IMG/VR virus record: IMGVR_UViG_3300010376_002108
Coordinates: 14,683 to 78,682 of that record
Length of the DNA stretch: 64,000 bases
DNA from: a virus
Lineage: Duplodnaviria > Caudoviricetes
Reading direction: 5' to 3' (one strand)
Shown: piece after piece, positions 47,542-57,520 of the stretch
Layout of the letters: each line of letters starts with the position of its first letter
Position numbering within the stretch: the stretch's first letter is position 1
Translations under genes and position numbers: made by a program
Notes under the pieces: model-generated
The model's input: only the letters and a program-made list of their open reading frames with translations
Database searches by the model: none
Told to the model about the DNA's origin: nothing

Positions 47542-48457
47542 GACGCCGGACCCATGCGTGGTGGCAGGCCCGGACCCGCATGTGCCGGGGCAGGCTAATC
47601 GTGACGATCCGGGCCCACGCGTCGGCGCCGAACCGAGCGCCGTGGCACGGCGGGTGGCATAGCGAGCATTCCCACCGCCAGCAGTCCTCGCCGCCGGGGC
47701 AGGCCCAGATGCGGAACGCGCGGCGTTTCATAGCGGCTGGCACGCGCCGGTGTGCTCACGGCCCCGCCAGTGCCCTTCCGGTATCAGCACCTCATCGTCG
47801 CCCAGCTCCCGGCAGTACAGGTAGCCGTCCGCGCCGCGCCACACGTCCAGCCGCCCCGCCGGGTCACCCGCCGACCCCCGCACGATGGGCACCTCGATCA
47901 CCTGGTCGGCGGCCAGGACCACGTTGCTGTCGGTAAACATGGCGGCGGCCTGCGCCCGGTCAAGGACCGCGTTGGCCACCAGCTCGCCGCACTTGCAGGT
48001 GCGCCAAGAGCAGGGGCAGGGCGGGTTGTCGGTGCCGCACAGCCAGCCGTGGTCAAACTTCCCCGTGGGGGAGACGAACGGGGTGCAGTGCCGGCCGGGG
48101 CGCCGGTCGCGCTTACCCGGGCACTTGTCCTTGTGTTCGGCGTGCCGGCAGCCGCCGCACCTAGCCCGGGGCGGCATCGGCTTTCGCCTTGCGCCGCGAC
48201 TGCCCCGAGTACGCCGGGGCGTCCGGGCACGTCTGATAGTGGGTGCGGTACCGGGTGACCGCCGCGTCCACCGCCGGGGGCAGCGGCTTATCAGCGGCGA
48301 CGATCACGCACAGCGCCACGCCCCGCTGGCACCAGACGATGGCCTGCCCGTCAGCCGCGCCGGACGACTCCGGGTCGATGGGCATCCGCTTGCCCCCGGG
48401 GACGGTCAGCGCCCAGCCGATTTCAGCGCCGCAGTCCGGGCCCTTGCACCTAGTCAT
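47534..48457 (-). CDS. Three Cys-rich hypothetical genes (47534-47743, 47728-48177, 48161-48457)
   Basis: CxxC motifs; overlapping chain. Confidence 0.55.
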
Positions 48458-48848
48458 GCCCGCCGCCCTCCAGCACTTCCACCCACGAAGCGGCCATCGC
48501 CGCCACCTGGATCAGCTCTTTCACCAGTTCGTCCTTGCGGCCCTCGCCCACGCCGGGACCGCCCGCGTCGTAGGTCAGCTCATGCGCGACCTGGCCGAGC
48601 AGCCGCGACAGCCGGGCCGCCAGCAGTGCCTCCACTAGCTCAGCAGACTCGCCCACTTCCTCCGCGAGAATCGCCAGCCGTTGCGGACTGGTGTACGGGC
48701 CGAGCATCGAATGCTCGCCGTGCAGCAGGTGCGCCCTGGTGGCTTCGGCCTGGATCGCGGCCAGGGTCAGCCCAGACAGCACCATCCCCGGCGACGGCGA
48801 CCCGTCAGCGTTGGTAGTCAAGTCCACGATGGGAAACTCAGGCATCAC
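48450..48848 (-). CDS. MazG-like all-alpha NTP pyrophosphohydrolase
   Basis: ILAEEVGE...KELIQVAAMAASW. Confidence 0.6.
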   Translation of the reverse strand: MMPEFPIVDLTTNADGSPSPGMVLSGLTLAAIQAEATRAHLLHGEHSMLGPYTSPQRLAILAEEVGESAELVEALLAARLSRLLGQVAHELTYDAGGPGVGEGRKDELVKELIQVAAMAASWVEVLEGGGHD

Positions 48849-50115
48849 CGCCGCCCTCCCGCTCGGCCAGCAGCCGCGCGCACTCGCCCGCCAGGGCAGC
48901 CAGCCGCTCCTGCGCGTGGCCCTCGCGGATGATTCCCATCAGCGCGTTGGCAGCCCGCTGCGCCTGCTCGGGGGTCAGGTCGGCCAGCTTGTCGATGATC
49001 ACCGGCGGGTCGGTGTCGCGGTCGCGGGCGAGCATGGCGAGCACGGCCAGCCGCAGGGCCTTGGCCTTGGCGGTGCGCTGCCCGTGCCCGGCCTCGGTGA
49101 ACAGCTTGATCATGTTGTCGGACAGGACGTCCACCTGCGCCTTAGCGTCGGCGGCGGCCTGCTCGGCGTGGCGGGCTTCCTCCGCCGGGGCGCCGTTGAC
49201 CGGCTCGCCGTTGCCCGCCTGCGCCTGTGCCTGCGCTGCCGCGTCCAGCACCCCGGCCGCCGACCCGGGCGCGTCCTTGGCGGGGAACCGGTCGGCCACC
49301 GTGATTTCCCCCCGGGCCAGCTCGGAGTACAGGGTTTGCAGCCGCACCAGCTCCAGGTGCGACCACGCGGACCGGGGCAGGTCAAACAGGTCTTCCAGCA
49401 TGGCCACGGTGACGCCGTACTTGTCCCGGGCCAGCACTTTCAGCGCGGTGTCCAGCCGCTCATTGAACTGCTCCGGCGTGCCGGTCAGCGTCTTGTCGGC
49501 CGTGGTGATGGCCACCTGCACGTACCAGGCGGGCAGCACCCGGCGGATCATCTCCCGCTCCCGCCGCGCCCCCAGGTTCGCATTGTTGTCGTAAATGTCG
49601 CGGTCGGTGGTCAGCTCCCGCTTGCCCGTCTTGGTGTCGATCGCGGCGGTGACGTAAAACACGGTGCTCATGCGGACGTTCTTTTCCAGATCCCACGCCC
49701 ACGCCATCATTTCCGACTGGCGGGCCATCCTGCGCAGCTCGATAATGCCGGACTGGAGGTTGCCGAAACAGCGGCCGATTTCCCGCATGAGCTGCACCGA
49801 CGGGCCGTGGATGATGTTCGGCTTGCCCTCGCGGGTCTTGCCCCGCTCGTAGGTGTAGAACGCCTGCGCGGCCATTTCCGGCCGCGAGCACGACTCCCGC
49901 ATCTCGGCTTCCGCGACGCGCATGTTCCGGGGGAACTGGCGGGCCACGATCACCTGCGCCTGCACTTCCGCGACCGCGCGGCCCAGCTCAACCGTGGTGG
50001 CCTGGCTCATATCCGGCAGCGCCATCACCGGCAGCGCGGCCTGCTGCCCGTTGGGCGGCACCTCGTCCAGCTCAGTGCCCGGCGGTGGCGGCATGTCGTC
50101 GTAATCCTGGGACAT
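48838..50115 (-). CDS. Putative single-strand annealing/recombination protein
   Basis: EVQAQVIVARQFPR..AFY..GPSVQLMRE; paired with RecE-like exonuclease. Confidence 0.55.
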   Translation of the reverse strand: MSQDYDDMPPPPGTELDEVPPNGQQAALPVMALPDMSQATTVELGRAVAEVQAQVIVARQFPRNMRVAEAEMRESCSRPEMAAQAFYTYERGKTREGKPNIIHGPSVQLMREIGRCFGNLQSGIIELRRMARQSEMMAWAWDLEKNVRMSTVFYVTAAIDTKTGKRELTTDRDIYDNNANLGARREREMIRRVLPAWYVQVAITTADKTLTGTPEQFNERLDTALKVLARDKYGVTVAMLEDLFDLPRSAWSHLELVRLQTLYSELARGEITVADRFPAKDAPGSAAGVLDAAAQAQAQAGNGEPVNGAPAEEARHAEQAAADAKAQVDVLSDNMIKLFTEAGHGQRTAKAKALRLAVLAMLARDRDTDPPVIIDKLADLTPEQAQRAANALMGIIREGHAQERLAALAGECARLLAEREGGGDA

Positions 50116-50127
50116 TCTCGTTTCCTC

Positions 50128-50973
50128 CTAGTAGGCCCACCGGGGCAGGCTGATTTTCGTGATCCGGTCACCGGCGGGCTGCGGGCCCGGCCACGCCCCG
50201 GCCGCCACGCAGTCAGCGTATTTGCGGCACGCCGCCGCGCACCGCTCCGCGCCCGCCAGGACCGCGTCCAGGTCCAGCTCGTAGATGCCCACCGCGTACG
50301 GCGGGTCCTTTTCCTGCACGACGAAACAGAACGCCGGGTCCATGTCGCCGGTGACGTGCAGCACCGCCTCGGTGTACCAGGCGTGCTGCCAGTGGTACCG
50401 GTAGTTGCCGACGTCCTTGGCGAACTGCTCCGGGTCGGCGCTCTTGGCCGACTTGTAGTCGATGATCAGCACCCGGCCGTACAGCTTGACCGCGTCCAGC
50501 CGGGCGCGCCTCCAGATGCCGGTGTCGTCGTCCACCCAGAACAGTGATTGCTCGTGCCAGACCTCGTCGGCCTGGAGCATCAGCCGGGCGTCCGGGTTGG
50601 TGGTGATCGCGGCGGCCATGGCGACGATCTGCTCCCGCTCGGCGGGCAGCAGCGGCGTCACCCCCTCGGCGCGTTTGCCGGCCGCCCAGTCCTGGGCCTT
50701 GCGGGACCGCCAGTCGTCGCCGTGCGGGGAGACGGCGTACGCCCAGCCGGTGCCCAGCACCTCGCGGTGCGCGGCGGTGCCGAATTCCATCGCCCGCGAC
50801 CGGGGCCCGTCTTCGGGGTGCTTGCGGACCCAGTCGAACCGGGCCGGGTGACCGGGCGGCAGCAGCAGCTTCGCCCCCGAGCACGACAGCGACCCGCCGG
50901 GAACGGGGTCGGCGTGGTAGTCGGCTTCGGGCATCGAGTACATGCCCGGCTGGGTGACGGCCAGCCCGGTCAC
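50128..50973 (-). CDS. RecE/exonuclease VIII-like PD-(D/E)XK nuclease (DUF3799-like)
   Basis: YHAD..LSCSG, FGTAAH..L, RARLD..IIDYKS, YHWQHAWY, VVQEKDPPY. Confidence 0.85.
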   Translation of the reverse strand: MTGLAVTQPGMYSMPEADYHADPVPGGSLSCSGAKLLLPPGHPARFDWVRKHPEDGPRSRAMEFGTAAHREVLGTGWAYAVSPHGDDWRSRKAQDWAAGKRAEGVTPLLPAEREQIVAMAAAITTNPDARLMLQADEVWHEQSLFWVDDDTGIWRRARLDAVKLYGRVLIIDYKSAKSADPEQFAKDVGNYRYHWQHAWYTEAVLHVTGDMDPAFCFVVQEKDPPYAVGIYELDLDAVLAGAERCAAACRKYADCVAAGAWPGPQPAGDRITKISLPRWAY

Positions 50974-51526
50974 GAGTACGGGTCTTTCAGCAGCCGGGCC
51001 AGGTTGTCCATGCTGTCGCCCTCGGGCAGCAGCTCCAGGCCCAGGGCGCGCCGGTCCGGGTTGACCCGCTTGCAGCAGTCCGGGCAGATCGGCTCGCGCA
51101 CCGACCGGTCCTGCGCCGCCTGCGACGGTTCCGCCGGCTCGCCGTTGGCGTTGACGTCGGGCGGGCGGCCGGTCTGCGGGTCGATCCGCAGGCTGGTCAC
51201 CGACTCCGGGTCGAAACAGAACAGGCCCTTGTGCAGATAGCAGGGGGCCATGGCGAACGCGACGCCGGGGCTCACGACGGTTCCGGCGCGAAGTGGTCCG
51301 CGAGCCGGGCCAGCGACTTGGCGATCGACACCAGCGCCAGATCCCGGGCCAGCTCCGCCGACGCTTTCCCGGCCTGCCCCTCGCGGTGAATGTAGGACTG
51401 CATCTGGACGTCCGGGTCGGGGCTGGCCTGCCGGGCGGCTATCGCGCCGATCGCGGCACAGCAGTTCAGGGCCATGTCCAGCGGGTCGGGGGCGGTGGTT
51501 TCGGGGGCATCGTTGGTAACGCTCAT
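50970..51526 (-). CDS. Two small hypothetical genes (50970-51275, 51272-51526)
   Basis: Overlap; GGAGAGGAAG RBS at 51535-51544. Confidence 0.55.
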
Positions 51527-51771
51527 AGTGCTCACTTCCTCTCCTGCCAGGACTATACGAGACGGGTCCGACATCCCGGTGCGGCGCGTGCCCCGGAAAA
51601 CCCGTCCCGGGTTGCTACCCTGAACGGGTGCTGCTGTGAGATGCCCGTAAGACTTCCTCTCCAGCCCGGCTCGCCGGGTGAGAAGCCAAGCGGGCAGGCA
51701 CCGGCGGTACCGCGAAAGGTACGGCCCGTCCCTGTGCTCGCAGGGGCGGGCCGTCTTTCGTCTGCCCGGGG

Positions 51772-52689
51772 TCAGCCGCCCAGCCGGCCCAGGTCAGCCA
51801 GGACCGTGCGCCGCTCGGCGGCGCCTAGCTGCCGAGCGGCGTCCAGCGCGCCCGCGTCGGTGACGTCTTCGATCGCGGCCCGGATCTCGGCGGCGAGCAC
51901 GTCCGGCGGCAGCGCTTCGGCCTGTACCGTCTCGGCCATCCACTCGCCCCGCCGGTCGGTGCCTTTCTGCGGCGCCGACGGCAGCCCGTGGGCGGCGATT
52001 TGCGCCGGGGTGACCAGGATGCGGCGGAATTCCACCTGCGCATCCTCGTTGATGCCCAGCGCCAGCTCGGTGACGTCTTCCGCGAGGGCGTCCACGATCG
52101 ACAGCCCGGACGGGTCGAAGTCGCCGCCGTGCAGCACGATGCACGGCTTGACCTGATCGGCTAGCCGGGTGGCCGTCTCGTACTTGTCGGTCAGGCCGTT
52201 GAAACCCCCGGCGGAGTAGGTGGTGACGCCGTAGTCCCCGGCGACGTTGGCGGCCTGCGGGACCATGCCGCCCGCTTCCACCCACAGTTCCACGTGGTAT
52301 TCCTGGCCGTCGGTCAGGTCGTGCTGGTAGTTGCGAGCGTAGTAGCGCATCGACCGCCAGAACTGGGCCGGGGACGACCAGCCGGCGAATCCGGTGGACT
52401 GGGTGCCGTCGTCGCGGATGGCGTCGAACGGGATCAGGCCGGCGCGGCGGGCCCGGTTGAGGGCTTCGGCCAGCCGGGAGTAACCCTGCTCGGTTTTCGA
52501 GTAGCCCTCGTCCGAGCCCACGAGGACGTAGAAAATCTGCCGGATGGTCAGCGGCAACTGGGCCGCGTAGGTGTCCAGAATGGCGCGGACCCGGGCGATC
52601 AGGTGGATGGTGTCGGGGCGCGGGTTCCACGGCGCCAGGCCGCGTACGCGGGTGGCGGTGTAGGTGCGCCCGGATACTGTCTCAGTCAT
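51772..52689 (-). CDS. Topoisomerase VI subunit A/JetD-like WHD + Toprim protein
   Basis: LTIRQIFY, RARRAGLIP..IRD, ELWVEA, GDFDPSG. Confidence 0.7.
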   Translation of the reverse strand: MTETVSGRTYTATRVRGLAPWNPRPDTIHLIARVRAILDTYAAQLPLTIRQIFYVLVGSDEGYSKTEQGYSRLAEALNRARRAGLIPFDAIRDDGTQSTGFAGWSSPAQFWRSMRYYARNYQHDLTDGQEYHVELWVEAGGMVPQAANVAGDYGVTTYSAGGFNGLTDKYETATRLADQVKPCIVLHGGDFDPSGLSIVDALAEDVTELALGINEDAQVEFRRILVTPAQIAAHGLPSAPQKGTDRRGEWMAETVQAEALPPDVLAAEIRAAIEDVTDAGALDAARQLGAAERRTVLADLGRLGG

Positions 52690-55618
52690 TTTGCTTCCTC
52701 TCCTATGCTCCCGGCGGGGCCGGGAATGTTAAGCGGCTCGTTTCCGGCGATGGCCTTGCGGAGCTGGCGGGCGGCGGCCCGGCCCAGTTCGCCGGCGCCG
52801 GGCTGGTCCCATTCGTCCGCGAGGGCGGCGACCCGGGCCAGGGCCACGACGGCGTCAGGCCACCGGTCGCCGGGGAATGTCCCGGTCAGCGGGCCGGCGT
52901 GGCTGACCCGGTAGCAGCCGCCCGGCTCGCAGGGTTCGCTGCCTGCGGCGAATGTGCGCCCGTGGCAGTAGCCGCCGTCCGGGCAGCGGCCCTTGCGCTC
53001 GGTCGCGTCGGCGTCTTCGGGTGCGCCGGGTGGTTGCGTCCAGCCGGGCAGCGGGCCCAGGCATTCGCGCAGCTTCGCCACGTCCTGCGGCATAAGGGTC
53101 AGCCGCACGTCCTGCGCGGAGTCGCCCCTGCGGGTGGTGACGGTCGGGTGCGCGGTAGCCAGGGGCATGCGCAACTCGCGGCAGCCGTCCGCGTCGGGCG
53201 GGTTGAGGGTCAGCCGCGAGTCGATACCGTGGCTGTACGGCTCGGCCGGGTCATCGAACGGCGCGGCGATCTTCGGGCATTCCACCCGGCCCGGCCCGGT
53301 GAACGTGAACGACGTGCCGCACGAACAGCGCCAGCCGTCTTCCACCGCGTCCAGTGGGTACACGTCATGCAGGACGTCAGCGGGCGTGCCGGGCGTGTGG
53401 GCAGGCGGGGCGACCAAGATCAGCGCGTCCCGGTTGAACCATTCCAGGCACCCCGACGGCCACTCGACTTGTATCGTGCCCTCCGCGCGGGTGCGGGTGG
53501 GGATGACCTGGCGGACGGTGGCCCCGCTCTCCGGGTACTGGCGGCCCGGCTCGGCGGGCTTGACGTGCCAGCCGCGCAGGTCTTCATGTCGCTCGCTGGC
53601 AGTCATCACGGCCACCTGCTCAGCGGGCCATCGGCCCCCGCCGATCCGGCGGGCGGCGCGGGCGGCAGCCCCGGATCATCCGGCAGCGCGTCGTCCACGG
53701 CGTCGGCCGCAGCCAGCGTGTCAAGAACTTCCGGGGTGACCATCGCGTCGGCGGCTTCCCAGTCGATAGGCTCCGGGCCGTTTGGCGCGGTCACAGTCCC
53801 ACCTCGTCCAGCCGGCGGTCCAGCCAGGCCAGGCTGCCCGCGTCGTCCACGTGCTCGGTCCAGCCGCCCATCGCCCGGTCCACCTGTACCCGTGAGCGCA
53901 GGCCCACGGCCAGCAGTTCGACGCGGCGGGCACGGCCCTGCTGCCGCACGGCGTACAGTTCGCCGGTGGCCGGGATCCACGACACCCGGTAGCGCGGGTG
54001 CGGCTGGCCGGGCATCGTCCAGTAGTAGCCGAAATCCACGTGCGACCCGCCGGTGCGGGCGGAGTCGGCGGCGGCGAACGCTATCTCGCTGGCGTACGCG
54101 GCCAGGTCGCGGCCGGCCCGGATGGTGCCGGTCTTGCGTGTGGTGGTCATTGCTTCCTCTCCTGCATGGTCACGCCGTAGCGTGCCACGCGGTCTTTGCA
54201 CGGCGGGCAGGTTGGCTGCCCGGTGTCGTTGCCCGGGGCCAGGCCCCAGAATTTGCGGCGGGGCCGGCACAGCGCGTCGCCGCGCTCGCGGACCAGTCGC
54301 CCGGCGGTGAGGGGCTGGTCAAGGATCGCGTGGTAGCCGCCGGCGGAGCGGGCGCCCTCGCGGGGCTGGAATGCGTATTCAACGTGTGCGGTGATCACGG
54401 GTGCACCTCCCCGGTGCCGTCCGGCAGGTGCCGGACGTAGTTCGCGTTGGTGCGCCAGCGGCGCCCGCAGTGCGTGCACTTTATTTCGGAGTAGTCCGAG
54501 GGGGTGCGGTGGTAGCCGTTGAACGCGGAGTGGTTGCAGTTCCGCTGGACGACCACCCACCAGTCGCGGTGTGTCCGCTGGCAGTCGCGGTTGGCTTCGC
54601 GTTCGCGGCGGGACAGGCCGTACTCGGTGGGCCGCTCGGCGGTCGGGTGGAAGTAGCTCACGGCTGCCTCCCCAGCGCCGGGCAGGCCGGCCCGTGGGCC
54701 ACGCCCTTGCGGACCTCAAACCACGGCTTGTCGCACGGGATGCCGTACAGGCCGTCGCGGGTCATCGGGCACCCCACCGGGAATCGACCCGCTGCGGCGA
54801 CCACTTCTCGCCGGTCGCCAGGGTCAGGTCAACCGCGACCGCCGAGCTGCCCACCCGGGCCACCTGCGCCTGCCCCGCCCGCCGCAGCGCCCGGTCAATA
54901 ACCGCCTTGGCTTTCAGCAGCGGCGGCAGCACCACGCCCGGGTCTTCGCCGTCCAGCAGCGGGTCCAGGTCGCGGGCTACCACGCCCACCAGGATGCGCG
55001 TCGCTGCCGACAGCATCTCGGCGGGCTCGCGCTTGGCCGGGTTGCCGCCGGGCCGCTTCGCCGGGTCCAGCCAGCACTCCCGGCACAGGCCGGTCTTGCG
55101 CGGCACGTCGGGCAGCATGCGCCCGCAGCCGCCCCGGCACTCCACCTGGCCTTTCAAGGTCTTGTTGAACGCCGAACGCGGCTGCGGGGCTGCGGCCCCC
55201 TGCCCGGCAGTCTCGGGCGCGGACGCCTCAGCGGCGTCCTGCGCGCCGAATACAGGCCAGGCGTTGTACGCACCCAGCGCGGGGCGCTGCTCGCGCGCCG
55301 GGTTGGCGGTCATCACAGCCCCCCCAGCACGACGGTGAATTCGCGGTCCCGGCCGTAGTCGCGGCGCCGTACCACGCGGCTGCCGACGATCTGGACCGGC
55401 GCGGGGCCGGTGCCGGTGGCCAGGCGCCGGCCGAGGTAGGCCCGCAGGCCGTCCTCGCCGCCGATGTGGCTTGCGGTGGGGCCGGGCAGGCGGACCAGGA
55501 ATTGGCGCCCTTGCCGGAAGCCGGGGGCGTCCGGGTCGGTGCGGACCGACAGGGCGACCGGGGCCGGCCAGATGGCCCGCAGTTCGCGGGTGATGTCGCG
55601 TGCGGTGGTCATGCCCAC
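52686..55618 (-). CDS. Run of hypothetical genes (52686-53615, 53606-53794, 53791-54150, 54147-54398, 54395-54661, 54658-54765, 54762-55316, 55313-55618)
   Basis: Continuous chain of overlapping ORFs; 54762-55316 has a C4 Zn finger and an HTH-like C-terminus. Confidence 0.55.
55149..55184 (-). repeat. Second copy of the 36-bp element at 4433-4468
   Basis: Minus strand reads CAGCCGCGTTCggcGTTCAACAAgaccTTGAAAGGC. Confidence 0.8.
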
Positions 55619-56007
55619 ACCACCGTTCCGCCGCCGTCAGCCGCCGCGCGGGCGATCGTCTCCAGCGCGGCCAGCCGGTCGGCCAGGTAGCCGGGACGGC
55701 GACCGCAGTGCACGACCGTCGCGCCGCCGCGCAGCGTGTCCGTCACGGGGGGCGTGTAGTCCTCGGTGACGGTGTCCAGCAGCGCGGTGGCGGTCAGCAC
55801 CCGGCCCAGGAAATCGGCGCCGGGGCACTCGCCGGCCAGTTCGCCGTACAGCGGCAGTCCGCCCAGGAATTCGCCTACGGGCTCGGCGTCTTCGCGCAGG
55901 CCCAGCAGCTCTAGCAGCTTGGCGGCGTTGGCGTTGGACACGTTCAGGGGCTCGCACAGTTCGGCTAGCTCGGCCGGGTCGCGGCGGGCCATGAAGCTAA
56001 CGCTCAT
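55609..56007 (-). CDS. Hypothetical protein, first gene of the leftward early operon
   Basis: ATG at 56007 after GGAGAGGAAG at 56016-56025. Confidence 0.6.
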   Translation of the reverse strand: MSVSFMARRDPAELAELCEPLNVSNANAAKLLELLGLREDAEPVGEFLGGLPLYGELAGECPGADFLGRVLTATALLDTVTEDYTPPVTDTLRGGATVVHCGRRPGYLADRLAALETIARAAADGGGTVVWA

Positions 56008-56032
56008 TCTGTCCACTTCCTCTCCGCCTACT

Positions 56033-56061
56033 ACTATACGCGACGGGGAGACGGGTGGCAA
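56033..56061 (-). promoter_or_regulatory. sigma70-type promoter TTGCCA-N17-TATAGT
   Basis: Read directly. Confidence 0.7.
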
Positions 56062-56307
56062 GAGGACACGGTCGGCCGGCCGGAAATTGAGGGTAACCCG
56101 CCCCGCCGGGCCCGTGCGCCCATGCGGTCGGCAGGCGTACTGTAGGTGGCCTAGCCGTAAAAACAGACGAGGCCCCGGCTGGCATCGGGACCTCGTCTCA
56201 AAGCTGATCGGACATATCAGCGGCATGACTACTGTAGCGTACCCGCGCGGATCTCGCTCATTCCTGTCCCGCGCCACCCCGTACCCGGCGTGCGACGGCG
56301 CCCCGCG

Positions 56308-56745
56308 ATGAGCGTCCAGGCGATTGCGTGGGTGCTGGACGAGGCTCCGGGCCTGACCGCCCGGCTGATGCCGACCCTGCTCGCCCTAGCCAACGAAGCT
56401 AACCGCGACGGCGCAAACGCGTGGCCGTCGGTAGCACGCATCGCCCGGCAAGCCCGTAAGAGCGAGCGGCAGGTTCGGTACGACCTGCGCGAGCTGGAGC
56501 GAATCGGGCTGATCGCCCGGGGTGATCAGCGGCTTGTCTCGCATCTCGATTCCCGGTACCGGCCGGTGGTGTGGGACCTGGTTGTGGCCGCCCGTTCAGG
56601 GGTGCAGCCCATTGCACCCCTGAACGGGCGGCCTTCGGATTCAGGGGTGCAATACAGCGTCATCCAGGGGTGCAACCCATTGCACCCAACCCAAGTACTA
56701 ACCCAAGCCCTTAAAGATCCCCGTGGAGAGGAAGCGAACCTATGA
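56308..56745 (+). CDS. HTH replication-initiator-like protein (HTH_36 type)
   Basis: MSVQAIAWV..LLALANEA..AWPSVARIAR..SERQVRYDLRELERIGLI. Confidence 0.75.
   Translation: MSVQAIAWVLDEAPGLTARLMPTLLALANEANRDGANAWPSVARIARQARKSERQVRYDLRELERIGLIARGDQRLVSHLDSRYRPVVWDLVVAARSGVQPIAPLNGRPSDSGVQYSVIQGCNPLHPTQVLTQALKDPRGEEANL
56586..56688. repeat. 21-bp perfect inverted repeat plus CAGGGGTGCA iteron-like copies: candidate origin
   Basis: GGCCGCCCGTTCAGGGGTGCA-gcccat-TGCACCCCTGAACGGGCGGCC (56586-56633); further CAGGGGTGCAA near 56642 and 56665. Confidence 0.7.
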
Positions 56746-57362
56746 GATCCGTTGAGGACCGTTACGCGCGTGCGCGCGAGGCGAAGCTGGAAATTGTCCG
56801 GTCGGCGCTGGAGGCGCACGGCTGCCGTCCTCGCGGGGGGCTGACGCTGGAGGCTCGCTGCCCGGCGCATGAGGACCGGCGTCCGTCGCTGGGCGTGTCG
56901 CTGGGCCGCAAGCTGGTGCTGATGCACTGCCATGCGGCGTGTGATGTGCGGGACATTCACGCGGCGCTCGGGCTGTCGTGGGATGACGTGTACTACGACG
57001 CGGCGGACGGGCGGTGGCGGGACGGGCAGCACCGGGATGGCCGGCCGGTGACCGAGGCCGACCGGCGGCGGATGGAGTTTCAGCGGGTGATCCGCCTGGG
57101 GGCGGTGAGCATGGCCCGGCAGGAACGGCTGGCCGCGCTGCCCGGCGGCCCGTCGCCTGATCGGGGGCGGCTGGCGGTGGGGTTCGCGGAGGCGCTGGAG
57201 AAGGACGACCAGCGGGAGCACTGCGATCAGGTGCGGGCCCGGCATGCGGCGCTGGCGTGTGACCGGGAGTTCGTGAAGGCGGCGCGGGCGACCCGGCCGT
57301 GGCAGCGGTCGTATGAGCAGTCGGCGGTGCTGGCACTGCTGCGGGCCGAGCGGGAGGCGTGA
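56742..57362 (+). CDS. Primase-type zinc-binding domain protein
   Basis: ARCPAHEDRRPSL..LMHCHAAC..IHAALGL. Confidence 0.7.
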   Translation: MRSVEDRYARAREAKLEIVRSALEAHGCRPRGGLTLEARCPAHEDRRPSLGVSLGRKLVLMHCHAACDVRDIHAALGLSWDDVYYDAADGRWRDGQHRDGRPVTEADRRRMEFQRVIRLGAVSMARQERLAALPGGPSPDRGRLAVGFAEALEKDDQREHCDQVRARHAALACDREFVKAARATRPWQRSYEQSAVLALLRAEREA

Positions 57363-57520
57363 TGACGAAGCAGCAGGCGGAGGCGCAGGCGGCGGGGCTG
57401 CGGCAGTTTGAGGCGGCGCTGGTGCTGCTGTTGGGCCCGTTTGCGACGCGGCAGGCGGTGGATGCGGTGGTTTCGGTGGCGGCGTGGACGCTGCTGCCGG
57501 CGGTGCCGCTCGATGAGTAA
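57362..57520 (+). CDS. Small hypothetical protein
   Basis: ATG overlaps the upstream stop. Confidence 0.45.
   Translation: MTKQQAEAQAAGLRQFEAALVLLLGPFATRQAVDAVVSVAAWTLLPAVPLDE

Noticed and set aside
4433-55184. Diversity-generating retroelement template/variable repeat pair
   Set aside because: Mismatches are not adenine-specific, the repeat is short, and no reverse transcriptase is present.
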